DNA of 64,000 nt from Escherichia coli (GTDB lineage Bacteria > Pseudomonadota > Gammaproteobacteria > Enterobacterales > Enterobacteriaceae). The stretch is from the NCBI RefSeq assembly GCF_045037415.1, contig NZ_CP173438.1; one strand, 5' to 3'. Positions 54,411 to 63,997 of this stretch are shown here, piece by piece. A program made the position numbers and the translations under genes. The notes under the pieces are model-generated. The model was not told the origin of the DNA. It made no database searches and worked only from the letters and a program-made list of their open reading frames with translations. Position 1 is the first letter of the stretch, and every line of letters starts with the position of its first letter.

Positions 54411-54417
54411 AATTGTC

Positions 54418-55761
54418 TTAAATCACGCCCTGGCTTAACATCGCATCCGCAACCTTCACAAAACCGGCAATGTTCGCGCCCTGCACGTAGTTGGTTTGCT
54501 CACCTTCACCACCATGCTCAACACAGGCATGGTGGATATCCAGCATGATGTGATGCAAACGTGCGTCAACTTTCTCGGCTTTCCAGCCCAGGCGCGCAGC
54601 GTTTTGCGCCATTTCCAGGCCCGATGTTGCTACACCGCCAGCATTAGCCGCTTTACCCGGTGCAAACAGTACGCCTGCCTGCTGGAACAGTTCAGTCGCT
54701 TCGATGGTGGTCGGCATATTTGCCCCTTCGGCGACGGCTTTAACGCCATTGGCGATAAGCTGATGCGCGGCGTCAACATCCAGTTCGTTCTGGGTGGCGC
54801 AAGGCAGGGCGATATCAACCGGTACAGACCACGGTTGTTGGCCTTCGAGATAGACCAGACCAAATTCTTTGGCGTAATCTGCCACTCGACCATCGCGGCT
54901 GGCTTTGATTTCGATAAGGCGCGCCAGTTTCTCTTTCGTGAATCCGCTTTCATCAACTACAGTGCCGCTGGAGTCTGACGCAGTGATCACTCGAGCACCA
55001 AATTCCATCGCTTTTTCGATAGCGTACTGGGCGACGTTGCCGGAGCCAGAAACGGAAACGCGCATCCCTTCAAAACCCATACCGTGGCGTTTTAGCATTG
55101 CTTCTGTGAAATAAACCAGACCGTAGCCGGTAGCTTCCGGGCGAATAAGACTGCCGCCAAATGAAAGGCCCTTACCGGTGAAGACGCAGGCGGTATTGTT
55201 GGAGAGCTTTTTCATCATCCCCGCCATAAAGCCGACTTCACGACCACCAACGCCGATATCACCTGCCGGAACGTCAGTATCCGCGCCCAGGTGGCGATAC
55301 AGTTCAGTCATCAGCGCCTGGCAGAAACGCATAACTTCGCCTTCGCTTTTCCCTTTCGGATCAAAGTCGCTGCCGCCTTTACCACCACCCATCGGCAGAG
55401 TAGTCAGGGCATTTTTAAAGGTTTGCTCGAAGCCGAGGAATTTGAGAATGGAAAGGTTTACTGAAGGGTGGAAGCGCATACCGCCTTTGTACGGACCGAT
55501 GGCGGAGCTGAATTGCACACGCCATGCACGGTTGACCTGCACCTGGTTGCGATCATCAACCCATACTACGCGAAATTGGATCACGCGCTCCGGTTCAACC
55601 AGACGCTCCAGTAATGACATCTGACGATATTTGGGATTTTGTTCAAGAAAAGGCCAGAGTGTGGTCATTACTTCACGAACGGCTTGCGCGAACTCGGTTT
55701 GATTCGGGTCGCGCTTTTGGACATGGTTGAGGAATGACTCCAGAGAATATGTCTGATCCAT
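54418..55761 (-). CDS. gdhA: NADP-specific glutamate dehydrogenase
   Basis: 447-aa ORF MDQTYSLESFLNHVQKRDPNQTEFAQAVREVMTTLWPFLEQNPKYRQ...; KGGMRFHP motif. Confidence 0.97.
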   Translation of the reverse strand: MDQTYSLESFLNHVQKRDPNQTEFAQAVREVMTTLWPFLEQNPKYRQMSLLERLVEPERVIQFRVVWVDDRNQVQVNRAWRVQFSSAIGPYKGGMRFHPSVNLSILKFLGFEQTFKNALTTLPMGGGKGGSDFDPKGKSEGEVMRFCQALMTELYRHLGADTDVPAGDIGVGGREVGFMAGMMKKLSNNTACVFTGKGLSFGGSLIRPEATGYGLVYFTEAMLKRHGMGFEGMRVSVSGSGNVAQYAIEKAMEFGARVITASDSSGTVVDESGFTKEKLARLIEIKASRDGRVADYAKEFGLVYLEGQQPWSVPVDIALPCATQNELDVDAAHQLIANGVKAVAEGANMPTTIEATELFQQAGVLFAPGKAANAGGVATSGLEMAQNAARLGWKAEKVDARLHHIMLDIHHACVEHGGEGEQTNYVQGANIAGFVKVADAMLSQGVI

Positions 55762-55996
55762 AGATATAAAACCCTTATATATTAATACGATTATGCTTAT
55801 GTTGTTTATGTCATGTGCTTTTGCAGTTTTCGACTATACCATCAAGAATGTGACGGTAAGCAAGAAAAAAATGACCCAGGAAAGCAAATTAATAACGAGA
55901 GTAATCTCATAACCAAATGCGATAACTCAGACGCTAAAGTTTTGCCGCCCGGCTACCGTTATCTGTAGAAGAGACAATAACGTTAAGGAGTTCCCT

Positions 55997-56269
55997 GTGA
56001 GTCGAGCATTGATCGCCGTAGTATTAGCATTTCCATTAATTACACTGGCTAACCCGCATTATCATCCGGACGTGGAGGTAAACGTACCGCCAGAAGTGTT
56101 CAGTTCAGGCGGGCAGTCAGCGCAGCCCTGTACTCAGTGCTGCGTTTATCAGGATCAAAATTATTCTGAAGGGGCAGTAATTAAAGCCGAAGGAATACTG
56201 CTGCAATGCCAACGGGATGACAAAACCCTAAGCACTAATCCGCTGGTCTGGCGGCGCGTGAAGCCATAA
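55997..56269 (+). CDS. ynjH: DUF1496 family secreted protein
   Basis: 90-aa ORF, GTG start after AAGGAG; MSRALIAVVLAFPLITLANPHYHPDVEVNVPPEVFSSGG...; signal peptide. Confidence 0.88.
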   Translation: MSRALIAVVLAFPLITLANPHYHPDVEVNVPPEVFSSGGQSAQPCTQCCVYQDQNYSEGAVIKAEGILLQCQRDDKTLSTNPLVWRRVKP

Positions 56270-56642
56270 ACGCCTCTAATAATGGAATGTCAGCAGGGGC
56301 CAGCGGATATCGCAGCGCCTCTTCAGGTGAGCACCAGACCAGCGCCTGATGTTCATGTGCCTGTAACGTCCCGTGGAAGTCGGGTACGTGCCAGGCATGA
56401 AGATGGATAATCCGCCCCGAAACTTCTCGCTGATGGCTGGCAACATAGTCACCAACAGTTGCTTCGATGCCCAGTTCTTCGTTTAACTCACGCACCAGCG
56501 CCTGCCGCTGGCTTTCATCCGGCTCGATTTTACCACCGGCAAACTCCCATAATCCCGCCTGATCGCTCTGGGCAGGGCGTTGCGCGAGTAAAATTTTGCC
56601 ATCACGTTCGATGATGGCGGCAACAACTTCAATCATTTTCAT
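56235..56642 (-). CDS. nudG: Nudix CTP pyrophosphohydrolase
   Basis: 135-aa ORF MKMIEVVAAIIERDGKILLAQRPAQSDQAGLWEFAGGKIEPDESQRQALVRELNEELGIEA (Nudix box visible); 3' end overlaps ynjH by 35 bp. Confidence 0.94.
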   Translation of the reverse strand: MKMIEVVAAIIERDGKILLAQRPAQSDQAGLWEFAGGKIEPDESQRQALVRELNEELGIEATVGDYVASHQREVSGRIIHLHAWHVPDFHGTLQAHEHQALVWCSPEEALRYPLAPADIPLLEAFMASRAARPAD

Positions 56643-56722
56643 AAATTACACACGGGCAGATAAGCGAAAAATGCCATAATATCCGCACTGTTGCTCAATC
56701 AGAAAGGCTTTATATTTAAGGA

Positions 56723-57349
56723 GTGCCTGTGCTAGACCGCCATCTTCATCCCCGGATTAAACCGTTGTTGCATCAGTGCGTGCGGGTTCTTGATAAACCG
56801 GGCATTACGCCAGATGGTTTAACATTAGTGGGATTTGCCATCGGCGTGCTGGCACTGCCTTTTCTGGCGCTGGGCTGGTATCTGGCGGCACTAGTCGCCA
56901 TTTTGTTGAACAGGCTGCTTGATGGTCTGGACGGTGCGCTGGCGCGGCGCAGAGGGCTTACCGACGCGGGCGGCTTTCTCGATATTTCTCTCGATTTTCT
57001 TTTTTACGCGCTGGTGCCTTTTGGGTTTATCCTCGCCGCACCGGAGCAAAACGCCCTGGCAGGCGGCTGGCTGCTGTTTGCGTTTATCGGCACGGGCAGC
57101 AGTTTTCTCGCTTTTGCTGCGCTGGCGGCGAAACATCAGATTGATAATCCTGGTTATGCGCATAAATCGTTTTATTATCTGGGCGGCTTAACCGAAGGCA
57201 GCGAGACGATTTTGCTGTTTGTTCTGAGTTGCCTCTTTCCGGCCTGTTTTCCGTGGTTTGCGTGGGTATTTGGTGCGTTGTGCTGGATGACGACCTTTAC
57301 GCGGGTGTGGAGTGGGTATCTGACGCTGAAGTCGCTCCAGCGTCAGTAA
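56723..57349 (+). CDS. ynjF: CDP-alcohol phosphatidyltransferase-family membrane protein
   Basis: ORF from GTG 56723 (alternative GTG 56729 gives 206 aa); ...LDRHLHPRIKPLLHQCVRVLDKPGITPDGLTLVGFAIGVLALPF...; DG..AR motif (DGLDGALARRRG). Confidence 0.88.
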   Translation: MPVLDRHLHPRIKPLLHQCVRVLDKPGITPDGLTLVGFAIGVLALPFLALGWYLAALVAILLNRLLDGLDGALARRRGLTDAGGFLDISLDFLFYALVPFGFILAAPEQNALAGGWLLFAFIGTGSSFLAFAALAAKHQIDNPGYAHKSFYYLGGLTEGSETILLFVLSCLFPACFPWFAWVFGALCWMTTFTRVWSGYLTLKSLQRQ

Positions 57350-57357
57350 TTGCAATG

Positions 57358-58665
57358 TTATTTACTGCTGTCCGGGCCGCGTTCACCGGTTGCTACCGGA
57401 TTTTTTGGATCGCTGCTCCATTCGTACCAGCCACCGTCGTAAACGGAGACGTTATTCCAGCCCATTGCGCGTGCGTACATAAAGGTTTCTGACGCGCGCC
57501 AGCCAGTGCCGCAGTAGAATGAAACTTGCTGATCTGGTTTGATATTCCATGCTTTCCACATAGCGGTTATATCATCGGCGCTGCGCATGGTGCCATCCGG
57601 GTTATGGAAATCTTCCATATGCGTCGAGTCGCTACCTGCGTGTCCCCAACGTGCTCCGGCTATTTCACCTTTTGGTTTAATATAGCTGTAACCGCTGGTC
57701 GTACCGATAAATTCTGGCCACGAACGAATGCTCACCAGCGATGCATCCTGGCGATGCAGCAGTCCACGCGCTTGTTCCATATCAAGCATCAGTTGCGGTT
57801 GTGCCGGGATCTTCACGCCGAAATCCGGTTCCGCTTTCACTTTCGGTGGCGTACCGCGCTCAACGGGCAGACCCGCGTCGGACCAGGTTTGCCAGCCTCC
57901 GTCCAGCAGGCGCACATCTTTCACGCCGGCATAAAGCATAATTTGCGCCACACGCGCTGCAGCGTATACGTCACGCCCGTACAGAATGACCGTGGTGTCA
58001 TGGCGAATGCCGTGTTTTGCCAGCATCGCTTTCAGTTGTTCATCAGAAACTTTGTTCCACAGCGGTTCGCTTTCCACTTCGTTGGTGTCGATGTAGTCAG
58101 CGCCGGGAATATGGCTGATAAGGTAAAATTTTGGAGCGCCCCAGGCCGCTTCAATGACTTTCCAGTCACCGGCAGGTTTCGCCGTAACCTCTTTACCTTG
58201 TTGCAGGTCATGCAGCCACTGCGGATATACCAGCTGTTCAAAGTGCGGCAGTTTTTGCAGACGGGAAGGTTCGCTTAGCGCGTCACTCAGGATGGAGATA
58301 TGCGTAAAACCTGCTTTTTGCAGTCGCGTTTTGACGGCGTCGACATCTTTGTCATTACCGTACAGTGCCACCGGGGCATCGGCTTTCAGGTTATGTTGCT
58401 TGATCCACTCGTTGAGCTGTTCGGTGCTCATTTTGTCGAGCCAGCTAGCAGAGAGGTTTAAGGCGGCAGGTTCATGACCGGAAGGGCCATTTAAGGTTTG
58501 TGGCCAGCCGTTATAAAACGCGCTGGGGCGAGTATCTATCGCTTTGCCATTTTGTTGTTGAAGCTGGTCAAGTGTAAGAGGCTTCGCCAGTTCAGCGGCC
58601 CACGAAGAAGCGCAAGCCAGCCCTAAAGCCATTGCCAGCGCGGTCATTTGAGAAACACGTTTCAT
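57358..58665 (-). CDS. ynjE: periplasmic thiosulfate sulfurtransferase (multi-rhodanese)
   Basis: ORF 57358-58680; K-12-length product (435 aa) begins MKRVSQMTALAMALGLACASSWAAELAKPL...; CGTGWR rhodanese active-site loop. Confidence 0.92.
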   Translation of the reverse strand: MKRVSQMTALAMALGLACASSWAAELAKPLTLDQLQQQNGKAIDTRPSAFYNGWPQTLNGPSGHEPAALNLSASWLDKMSTEQLNEWIKQHNLKADAPVALYGNDKDVDAVKTRLQKAGFTHISILSDALSEPSRLQKLPHFEQLVYPQWLHDLQQGKEVTAKPAGDWKVIEAAWGAPKFYLISHIPGADYIDTNEVESEPLWNKVSDEQLKAMLAKHGIRHDTTVILYGRDVYAAARVAQIMLYAGVKDVRLLDGGWQTWSDAGLPVERGTPPKVKAEPDFGVKIPAQPQLMLDMEQARGLLHRQDASLVSIRSWPEFIGTTSGYSYIKPKGEIAGARWGHAGSDSTHMEDFHNPDGTMRSADDITAMWKAWNIKPDQQVSFYCGTGWRASETFMYARAMGWNNVSVYDGGWYEWSSDPKNPVATGERGPDSSK

Positions 58666-58731
58666 CGAAAATCCCGACATTGTAGTTTTGAGAGCGCCAT
58701 TCTGAACTGACGCATCGGGAAAAACTTTGCG

Positions 58732-59385
58732 TTATCGCAGTTTGTTGTAATTTTCTGACCACTGCGCCATATCCAGAACGGGGCTATCAGGAGGAACATC
58801 CTGAAGATCGTGCGTCACCTGCACAACAGGGATCGCCATGGCGCGAATTTCGCTGAACACCCAATGGCGAAAATTATCGCGCAGGGCCACATCAAGACGG
58901 CTGAATGGCTCATCCAGTAGCAACGCTTTTGGCTGAGCGAGAAGGGCGCGAAGCAGAGCAACGCGCGCTCGCTGACCGCCAGACAAAGTGGCAGGATCCT
59001 GATGGAACGCTCCGTCAAGGCCTGAACGCTCAAGTGCATCATTCACGGCATTACGTCGGGCATTCCCCTTAAGTGTCGCCGGTAGCGCCAGCAGTAAATT
59101 TTGCCCGACGCTGAACTGGTCAAATAACAGTGCATCCTGGAAAAGAATGCCAATCTGACGCTGTGCGGTGGGTAGCATGTCAATCCGTTGCTCATTAAGC
59201 CATAGCTCCCCTGTACAAGAAAACTGTCCGGCCAGCGCACCAATCATCCACGAAAACAGAGTGGATTTCCCGCAGCCGGATGGTCCCATTAACGTGACAA
59301 TGTCACCTTTATCTACTGTAAAGTTAACGTTTGTCAGCAAGCGGCTTTCTGGTAAACGTAGCGAAACATTTTTCACGCAGAGCAT
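58732..59385 (-). CDS. ynjD: ABC transporter ATP-binding protein
   Basis: ORF 58732-59472; K-12-length product (217 aa) begins MLCVKNVSLRLPESRLLTNVNFTVDKGDIVTLMGPSGCGKSTL...; Walker A GPSGCGKST, signature LSGGQRARV. Confidence 0.92.
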   Translation of the reverse strand: MLCVKNVSLRLPESRLLTNVNFTVDKGDIVTLMGPSGCGKSTLFSWMIGALAGQFSCTGELWLNEQRIDMLPTAQRQIGILFQDALLFDQFSVGQNLLLALPATLKGNARRNAVNDALERSGLDGAFHQDPATLSGGQRARVALLRALLAQPKALLLDEPFSRLDVALRDNFRHWVFSEIRAMAIPVVQVTHDLQDVPPDSPVLDMAQWSENYNKLR

Positions 59386-60920
59386 TAGCGGAGTCCTTGT
59401 CTGACATAACCTACCCATTTTACGACTAACGCGGTCAGGGCAAAAATAATAAGCGGTAACAGCAGTTGCCATAAAGCCTGGGCGGCGAGAATACCGTTGC
59501 TGCCGCCGCTGCTTAATGCCACCGCTTCAGTGGTGAGCGTCGGAAAACGCCCCGCGCCCAGCCACAGCGTCGGCATATACTGCGCAATACTGACTGAAAA
59601 TCCCACCGCGAAGGCAATCAGCGCAGGGCGCAACATGAGTGGGCATTTTACGTAAAAGAAGATTTTGGCCCGCGACCAGCCCAGTGTTTGCGCAATCAAA
59701 ATTAACCGTGAATCAATGCGCTGCCAGGCGGGTTGCAGGATAAACAGCATCCACGGCATTACCCACAGCAGATGCCCCCAGACCACCGCCGTCCAGCTTC
59801 CATCCAGGTTCAGCCATAGCGCCAGCGTGTACTGGCCCGCCACCAGCGGCAGAGCGGGTAATAAAATGGGCAACCATAGCCACAACTGGCGACGCTGTGG
59901 CCCCCATTCCAGCCACAGCAGTAACAAGAGCAAAGCGATGAATGCCGCCACCAGCCCCATTGTCAGGCTGTTGATGAGCGCTTGACTATTGATCGTCGAC
60001 TGATCCGCGAGGATCGCCAGCAGAACCACACACAGCACACCGGTTAAGGGTAAAAAACTCGCCAGCGTATTGCTTGGCAATAAAGGCGTGGCAGGCTTAC
60101 GAACGCCATCTACGCGGGGAATAGTACGCCGCCAGCCACGCCATAGCAGATAGCCCAGCAAAACGTAGGCGGCGAGTAACAGCATCAGCAGCAGGCTGGC
60201 GAGTGCGCCTTTCGTTTGTTGATCGGCGTCGCCCTGAGTTAACCACTGCCAGCTAATTACCGCCAGCGTCGGGGGATTACCTGGCCCAAGAATAATCGCC
60301 ACATCCACGACCGACAGCGACCAGGCGACAATCGCCAGCATCGCCATTGCTAACGCAGACGCGACGGAGGGCAACAGCAGCCAGTTCAGGCATTGCCAGC
60401 GGCTGTAGCCCAGCGAATCCAGCACAATGAGTTGCTGCAACAGCCGTTTTTCGCTCAATACTGCCGCTAAGATCCACAGCAGAAATGCGCTTTCTTTCAC
60501 CGCCAGGGTGAGGCCCAGCCCAATACCCAATTTGTCCATTGGCGGAGTGAAATACGGGAAATAGTCATAAAGCAGCCCTCCGTCAGCAAAGAGCAGAAGG
60601 GCGCTGGTGGCAAAAGCCACATGGGGAATGGCGAGCAGCCACGGCAGACGGGCGCACATACGCTGCCATTTCGGCCCTGGCCACAACGCCACAATCACCA
60701 GCAGGGCAATCAACAACGCCCCGACCGCCGCAATGGTTGTCGACACCAGCGTCGCCAGTAATGCCTGCGGTAACTGTGGATCGGCAAATAACGCCTGCCA
60801 GTGCGTCAACGACAAAGCAGGCGATATCAGCGTGAGAGCTGCCGGGATCAGCGGTGCATAAATCACCGCTATCATCGCCCACAGCAAAAAGATTAATGCG
60901 TACCGTAACGGTGTAGCCAT
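59385..60920 (-). CDS. ynjC: ABC transporter permease (fused double permease)
   Basis: ORF 59385-60944; K-12-length product (511 aa) begins MATPLRYALIFLLWAMIAVIYAPLIPAAL...; stop overlaps ynjD start (ATGA). Confidence 0.92.
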   Translation of the reverse strand: MATPLRYALIFLLWAMIAVIYAPLIPAALTLISPALSLTHWQALFADPQLPQALLATLVSTTIAAVGALLIALLVIVALWPGPKWQRMCARLPWLLAIPHVAFATSALLLFADGGLLYDYFPYFTPPMDKLGIGLGLTLAVKESAFLLWILAAVLSEKRLLQQLIVLDSLGYSRWQCLNWLLLPSVASALAMAMLAIVAWSLSVVDVAIILGPGNPPTLAVISWQWLTQGDADQQTKGALASLLLMLLLAAYVLLGYLLWRGWRRTIPRVDGVRKPATPLLPSNTLASFLPLTGVLCVVLLAILADQSTINSQALINSLTMGLVAAFIALLLLLLWLEWGPQRRQLWLWLPILLPALPLVAGQYTLALWLNLDGSWTAVVWGHLLWVMPWMLFILQPAWQRIDSRLILIAQTLGWSRAKIFFYVKCPLMLRPALIAFAVGFSVSIAQYMPTLWLGAGRFPTLTTEAVALSSGGSNGILAAQALWQLLLPLIIFALTALVVKWVGYVRQGLR

Positions 60921-62059
60921 TCTTGTTCCAGCGCATTTACCCAACCTGCGTGCGGTTCAGCCAGTACCGGCGGCAGATCCTGCGGCATTCTCGATTGCAA
61001 TGTTTCGCGCTGCCCGTCAGGCAGTTTTTGCGGGTCGAGAACAGAAGGATCGCCCCAGACAGCAGGATCTGCTTTACGCAGTTGCGCATCGGGTGAGAGC
61101 AGGAAATTGGCAACTACCTTCGCCGCAGCACTGGCATTCGCGTTGGCAGGAATGGTGACGAAATGGACGTTGCCAATCATCCCCTCGCGAAAACCAAAAC
61201 TGTAACTGCTTGCAGGCAAATCGCCGCTGGCGATTTTTTGCTGCGCATGCGCGGGGTTAAAGGTCAGCGACAGGCGCAATGTGTTAGCTTTCAGCAGAGC
61301 ATCCATCCGCGCGGGCGAAGGCGGGAAATCCTTTCCTTCGCGCCACAAATACGGATGCAGTGCATCAAGATATTGCCACAAGGGCGCAGTGACGCGGGCG
61401 AAAGTGGCATCGTCCGGCGCTTCTTTTAATGCTGTGGGATCTGGCGTTAGCATAATCAGCAACTGTTCAAGAAACGCCGTGCCGGTAAAGTCCGGTGGGC
61501 GCGGATAGGTAACCGTGCCGGGATTGGCTTTAGCAAACTCCAGTAAGGCTTGCGGCGTTTGTGGTGGCTGTAGCGTAACATCGCGGCGGGCGATAAACGT
61601 CAGTTGTGCGCCGCCCCAGGGCGATTCAGCCCCTTCTGTAGGCACTGAAAAATCTTCCCGCACCGGAAGCTGTGTGTCGACATAGCGCCAGTTGGGCAGA
61701 GTCTCCGCCCAGCCGGTTTGTAATAAATTGGCCTCTTTTAAGGTGCGGAAGTTTTCGCCGTTCACCCAGAGCAGATCCACCGAACCGCCCGTTTTACGTC
61801 CGGCAGCAACTTCGGTCTGAATGCGTTTCACCGCGTCTGCGGCATCCGCGAGACGAACAATCTTCAGGTTTATAGCGTAATGGGTTTTCATCTCGCCGCT
61901 AACCCAGTCGAGATAGCGGTTAATTGCGGTATCGCCGCCCCAGGCGTTAAACCAGACGGTTTGTCCTTTGGCCTCATTTTTTATTTCCTGCCAGTCACTG
62001 GCATGTGTTGCCAAAGAAAACAGCGATAACAATCCCAGCAACCACCCACAATGGCGCAT
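60893..62059 (-). CDS. ynjB: ABC transporter periplasmic substrate-binding protein
   Basis: 388-aa ORF MRHCGWLLGLLSLFSLATHASDWQEIKNEAKGQTVWFNAWGGDTAINR...; signal peptide; 3' end overlaps ynjC start by 28 bp. Confidence 0.93.
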   Translation of the reverse strand: MRHCGWLLGLLSLFSLATHASDWQEIKNEAKGQTVWFNAWGGDTAINRYLDWVSGEMKTHYAINLKIVRLADAADAVKRIQTEVAAGRKTGGSVDLLWVNGENFRTLKEANLLQTGWAETLPNWRYVDTQLPVREDFSVPTEGAESPWGGAQLTFIARRDVTLQPPQTPQALLEFAKANPGTVTYPRPPDFTGTAFLEQLLIMLTPDPTALKEAPDDATFARVTAPLWQYLDALHPYLWREGKDFPPSPARMDALLKANTLRLSLTFNPAHAQQKIASGDLPASSYSFGFREGMIGNVHFVTIPANANASAAAKVVANFLLSPDAQLRKADPAVWGDPSVLDPQKLPDGQRETLQSRMPQDLPPVLAEPHAGWVNALEQEWLHRYGTH

Positions 62060-62068
62060 CTTCTCTCC

Positions 62069-62617
62069 TTAAGAACGTTTTTCAGGAATACGGCACAGCC
62101 CCTGAGCGGGAATGTCCATGGCAGAATTAAAACGGGCTGACAGATTTTGCAGGCCTATCAATGCCGTCAGTTCGGTGAGCGCCTGAGCGTCAAAATGCGT
62201 AGCCAGTCGGGCGCGCAGAGCATCATCGACCGTTGGCGGCGTTACGCTTGCGGCTTCGGCGTACTCCAGCGCCAGCCGTTCTTCATCGCTAAAGAGCGGG
62301 CTTTGCCGCCAGTCAGCCACTGCCAGCAGTTTATCGGTGCTGCCGGTACGCTCGGCGACTTTCATACTGGTGATATCCACGCAAAACTCACACAGGCACA
62401 TTTGCGCAATGCGCGCGCTGACAAGCGATCGTACTACCGGATCGAGCGGTGAGCGTTTGCGCTCCAGCCAGCCGACAAACATCGACACCAGATAAAAGAT
62501 AAACGGGATCCGCCCCCACCAGCGAATCGGGCTTAGCACCTCGCCGTAATGGCGACGATGCAGCCACGCCTGCGGACGTAAAATGAAAGGAATTTTGCTA
62601 AGCGGCGGTAAACCCAT
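62069..62617 (-). CDS. ynjA: carboxymuconolactone decarboxylase (AhpD-like) family protein
   Basis: 182-aa ORF MGLPPLSKIPFILRPQAWLHRRHYGEVLSPIRWWGRIPFIFYLVSMF...; CxxC-type motif (CLCEFC). Confidence 0.92.
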   Translation of the reverse strand: MGLPPLSKIPFILRPQAWLHRRHYGEVLSPIRWWGRIPFIFYLVSMFVGWLERKRSPLDPVVRSLVSARIAQMCLCEFCVDITSMKVAERTGSTDKLLAVADWRQSPLFSDEERLALEYAEAASVTPPTVDDALRARLATHFDAQALTELTALIGLQNLSARFNSAMDIPAQGLCRIPEKRS

Positions 62618-63324
62618 CAGGCATTCCTCTTCTGGCGCTCAAGCCATATTTTCTTCGCCATAAAAATCACCACGGTCAGGGCAAACAGAATAAACAGTCC
62701 GGTGACAAACCAGAAAGTACCGCCTGTTAACATGCTGCCCGCCCAGGAATAAACAATAGTCGCCGGTAATTGACCAAGCCCGGTGGCGATAAAAAACGAG
62801 CGAAAACGTATTGAAGTCAAACCGGCAGCATAGCTGATTGGATCGAAAGGGACAAAAGGCAATAACCGACATACCAGGATGGTGTGTTTGCCGTAGCGAG
62901 TGAAAAAGCCGTCCATACTGTCAAGTACGGTTTTGCCGGTTAATTTTTCCACCACTTCGCGGCCCATCACTCTGGCGATAAAAAAGCACAGCGCCGCGCC
63001 GGCCATCGAACTGGTCCACGACAGTAAGCCGCCCCAGAACGCGCCAAACAGCGACGCATTGGCAAAGGTGATCAAAAACGCAGGTAGCGGTGCAGCAATG
63101 GCCTGTAAAATCATCAACAAGAACGAGACAACTGCCGCTAGTGCGCCGTAAGACTGAATAAAGCGTTCTATACCCTGTTGGTCCACGGCGGCAAACGCCG
63201 CAACGCTGCGATTGATAAACTCATGGACGCCGGGAAGCAGCGCCCATGCCAGCAGCACAGCGAACAACAGGATGATGAGGGTTATACGGTAGTACCAGAT
63301 TTTACGCGATTGCATCTTCATCAT
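62617..63324 (-). CDS. ydjZ: DedA/TVP38-family inner-membrane protein
   Basis: 235-aa ORF MMKMQSRKIWYYRITLIILLFAVLLAWALLPGVHEFINRSVAAFAAV...; stop overlaps ynjA start. Confidence 0.92.
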   Translation of the reverse strand: MMKMQSRKIWYYRITLIILLFAVLLAWALLPGVHEFINRSVAAFAAVDQQGIERFIQSYGALAAVVSFLLMILQAIAAPLPAFLITFANASLFGAFWGGLLSWTSSMAGAALCFFIARVMGREVVEKLTGKTVLDSMDGFFTRYGKHTILVCRLLPFVPFDPISYAAGLTSIRFRSFFIATGLGQLPATIVYSWAGSMLTGGTFWFVTGLFILFALTVVIFMAKKIWLERQKRNA

Positions 63325-63337
63325 CCTTTATCCTGCT

Positions 63338-63997
63338 TTATTCGGTGATTTTAAAGGTAACCGTTGCCAGCGTGTTATCCGCCGGGAGAACTGAGGCATT
63401 GCCTTTGAATTTCACTTCGCCGCGTTTTTCCACCGCACCATAAGTGTATGTTGCATTGCTGACGATGCCGACCGGGCAGCTATCCAGACACACCAGGCAA
63501 CCCGTTTTCTTCTCTTCTGCTGCCGTTAAATTACCGCCAAAGCGCATGTCCAGTTTCTTGCCATTACTGTCAACAATCACTTCATCGAAGGAATACGCTT
63601 TTGCCGCCCCTTGCCAGTTGACCGAAATATCCAGTTTGCTGCCTGTGACATGAGTCGTTTCTTTATTATCCATTGTCATGTTTTCGCCCGGCGTACCACC
63701 TGCCTCTTTCAGGGCTTCATAAAATGCTTTCGGGGTCGCATAACCCATAAACAGCGATTTATGTCCGTTGGAGCCATCTTTAAACACAATACCGTGACGA
63801 GTGTCGTCGGTGAGGAAACGACCATTAATTTGCACCAGCATGGTTACCGTATGGTTATTGGCATCGACACGCAGCGGTTGGCTGTTCGAAAGTCCGTCGT
63901 ATTCCACTTTTGCAGCCGCATTCTCTTTTTGATCGCAGCCGCTAAGCCCAGCAACAGCCAGTAAGCAGAGTGCAGCCAGTCCTTTTTTCCATGACAC
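63338..63997 (-). CDS. ydjY: putative lipoprotein YdjY (start may lie at or just beyond the window end)
   Basis: ORF MSWKKGLAALCLLAVAGLSGCDQKENAAAKVEYDGLSNSQ... with lipobox LSGC; first in-frame Met is 3 nt from the window edge, so N-terminal truncation cannot be excluded. Confidence 0.85.
   Translation of the reverse strand: MSWKKGLAALCLLAVAGLSGCDQKENAAAKVEYDGLSNSQPLRVDANNHTVTMLVQINGRFLTDDTRHGIVFKDGSNGHKSLFMGYATPKAFYEALKEAGGTPGENMTMDNKETTHVTGSKLDISVNWQGAAKAYSFDEVIVDSNGKKLDMRFGGNLTAAEEKKTGCLVCLDSCPVGIVSNATYTYGAVEKRGEVKFKGNASVLPADNTLATVTFKITE

Noticed and set aside
57526-58278. 250-aa plus-strand ORF
   Set aside because: Antisense inside ynjE; same reasoning. Similar shadow ORFs at 49157-49717 (inside sppA), 42198-42770 (inside ydjH/ydjG) and 173-934 (inside manY/manZ) were rejected for the same reason.
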